From Mustelus asterias (Eukaryota): a stretch of 64,000 nucleotides of DNA. The position numbers and the translations under genes are program-made. Positions 62,975-64,000 of the stretch are shown one piece after another (positions within the stretch are counted from its first letter, which is position 1; each line of letters starts with the position of its first letter). The notes beneath the pieces are model-generated. The model was not told the origin of the DNA and made no database searches. It worked only from the letters and a program-made list of their open reading frames with translations. Location: NCBI RefSeq assembly GCF_964213995.1, contig NW_027590155.1, positions 558,001-622,000 of the forward strand, given 5' to 3'.

Positions 62975-64000
62975 GGTAAGGTCGGTCACCTGAATGCGTG
63001 CCAAGAAAGACAAACTGTGATGAACAATGACCATTGACGGGATCTCGCGAGGCCACTGTTAAGGCAGACGCTGAAACTAACCCGTGGAGTGAGCATTAAC
63101 TTGGATGCATTTAGACAAACGAACTCTTACTCCAGTGCCCCATCCTCATCGCTTTTCATCCCTCCCTTGCCACCGCACCACCGCCCCCCCCGCCCCCGCC
63201 CCCGCCGCCCCCCCCCCCCCCCCCCCCCCGCCCCCGCCCGCCAACCCCCGCTCCCAATCGCAGCCTTGACTTCTTAAACCTCTCCAGATTATTGTTTAAT
63301 TATGGGTGTCACTGACTAGCCTAACTTTTTCCGCCCATCCCTTGGTCTTGAGCTGCGTGGCTCTTTCGGAGAGTCGGTGCAGACTCTATGGGCCAAATCG
63401 CATCCTTCTGCACTGTCGGGGTTCTTGTGCAATTGCAGTGGCTTCTGAGAATATTATTGGAGAATGTTAATGGAGACCCTAAAGATACAAGGTGTTCTTT
63501 GCTTGCTGACTCTTTGATGTGCTACTACTGTTGCTCCTTCCATTCCAAACAGAACTGCATTGGACGATGAAATGGATTCAGGTGTGAACTCATTGACTGG
63601 GGTATCAAAATCCAGAGGCTTCCTGATCAGAAGTTCCGCTTCAAGCACTTCAATCTCGCTTGTTTTAAATGGCGACTTAATTTTAAAAGATCCTCATTTC
63701 GGTAACTTTTTTCCACTGTTATTTTGATTTGAAATTCGTGGTTCTGCGTGAATTCTACTGCTTATGCTACATAAACATTTCAATTATGCATTTCAGCAAC
63801 AGCGTGGAGCTAGCATTGACATGGTGTCTGCCTGCATTAGTGTCGGAGACATTTTTGAAAACAGCATTTTCAATTTTAGGACGTATAGAACTTCGATTTT
63901 TATATTCTTTGCTTAGAATAGTAGAATCCTATTCCGGAGAAAGCAGCCACTCAGCCCATAGTGACAATGGCAGCCCTTTACAGGGCAATCTAGGTAATGG

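Noticed and set aside
63180-63250. Poly-C/G tracts (also near 712, 20575, 54350, 59240) giving Pro/Gly-rich ORFs or G-quadruplexes
   Set aside because: Low-complexity runs that are prone to sequencing error; no evidence of function.

Overview
Eukaryotic genomic DNA, not microbial. It comes from a cartilaginous fish (shark-type HE1/V-SINEs, CR1 LINEs, IgNAR-like V). The window covers the 3' end of a T-cell receptor delta locus, with every segment on the + strand. In order it holds: a complete NAR-TCR cassette (leader, IgNAR-like V with 22/23-RSS, one 12/12 D, one 23-RSS J); a leaderless 'supporting' V-delta whose 23-RSS is amplified into a 61-bp tandem array (4 perfect RSSs plus 1 degenerate); an intact V with five cysteines; two IgH-like V pseudogenes; one 12/23 D-delta; nine J segments plus a possible tenth, of which only three look fully functional; and three coding exons of a constant region (Ig domain, connecting peptide, TM with Arg and Lys). 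The C is called delta from locus context; its TM alone does not separate alpha from delta. The rest is dense retroelement DNA: CR1 LINEs of several ages (often nested, several with target-site duplications), SINEs, Penelope fragments, a solo LTR and microsatellites. Almost all long ORFs in the supplied track are CR1 pieces or antisense noise. All coordinates were read by eye; repeat boundaries without a TSD are approximate.
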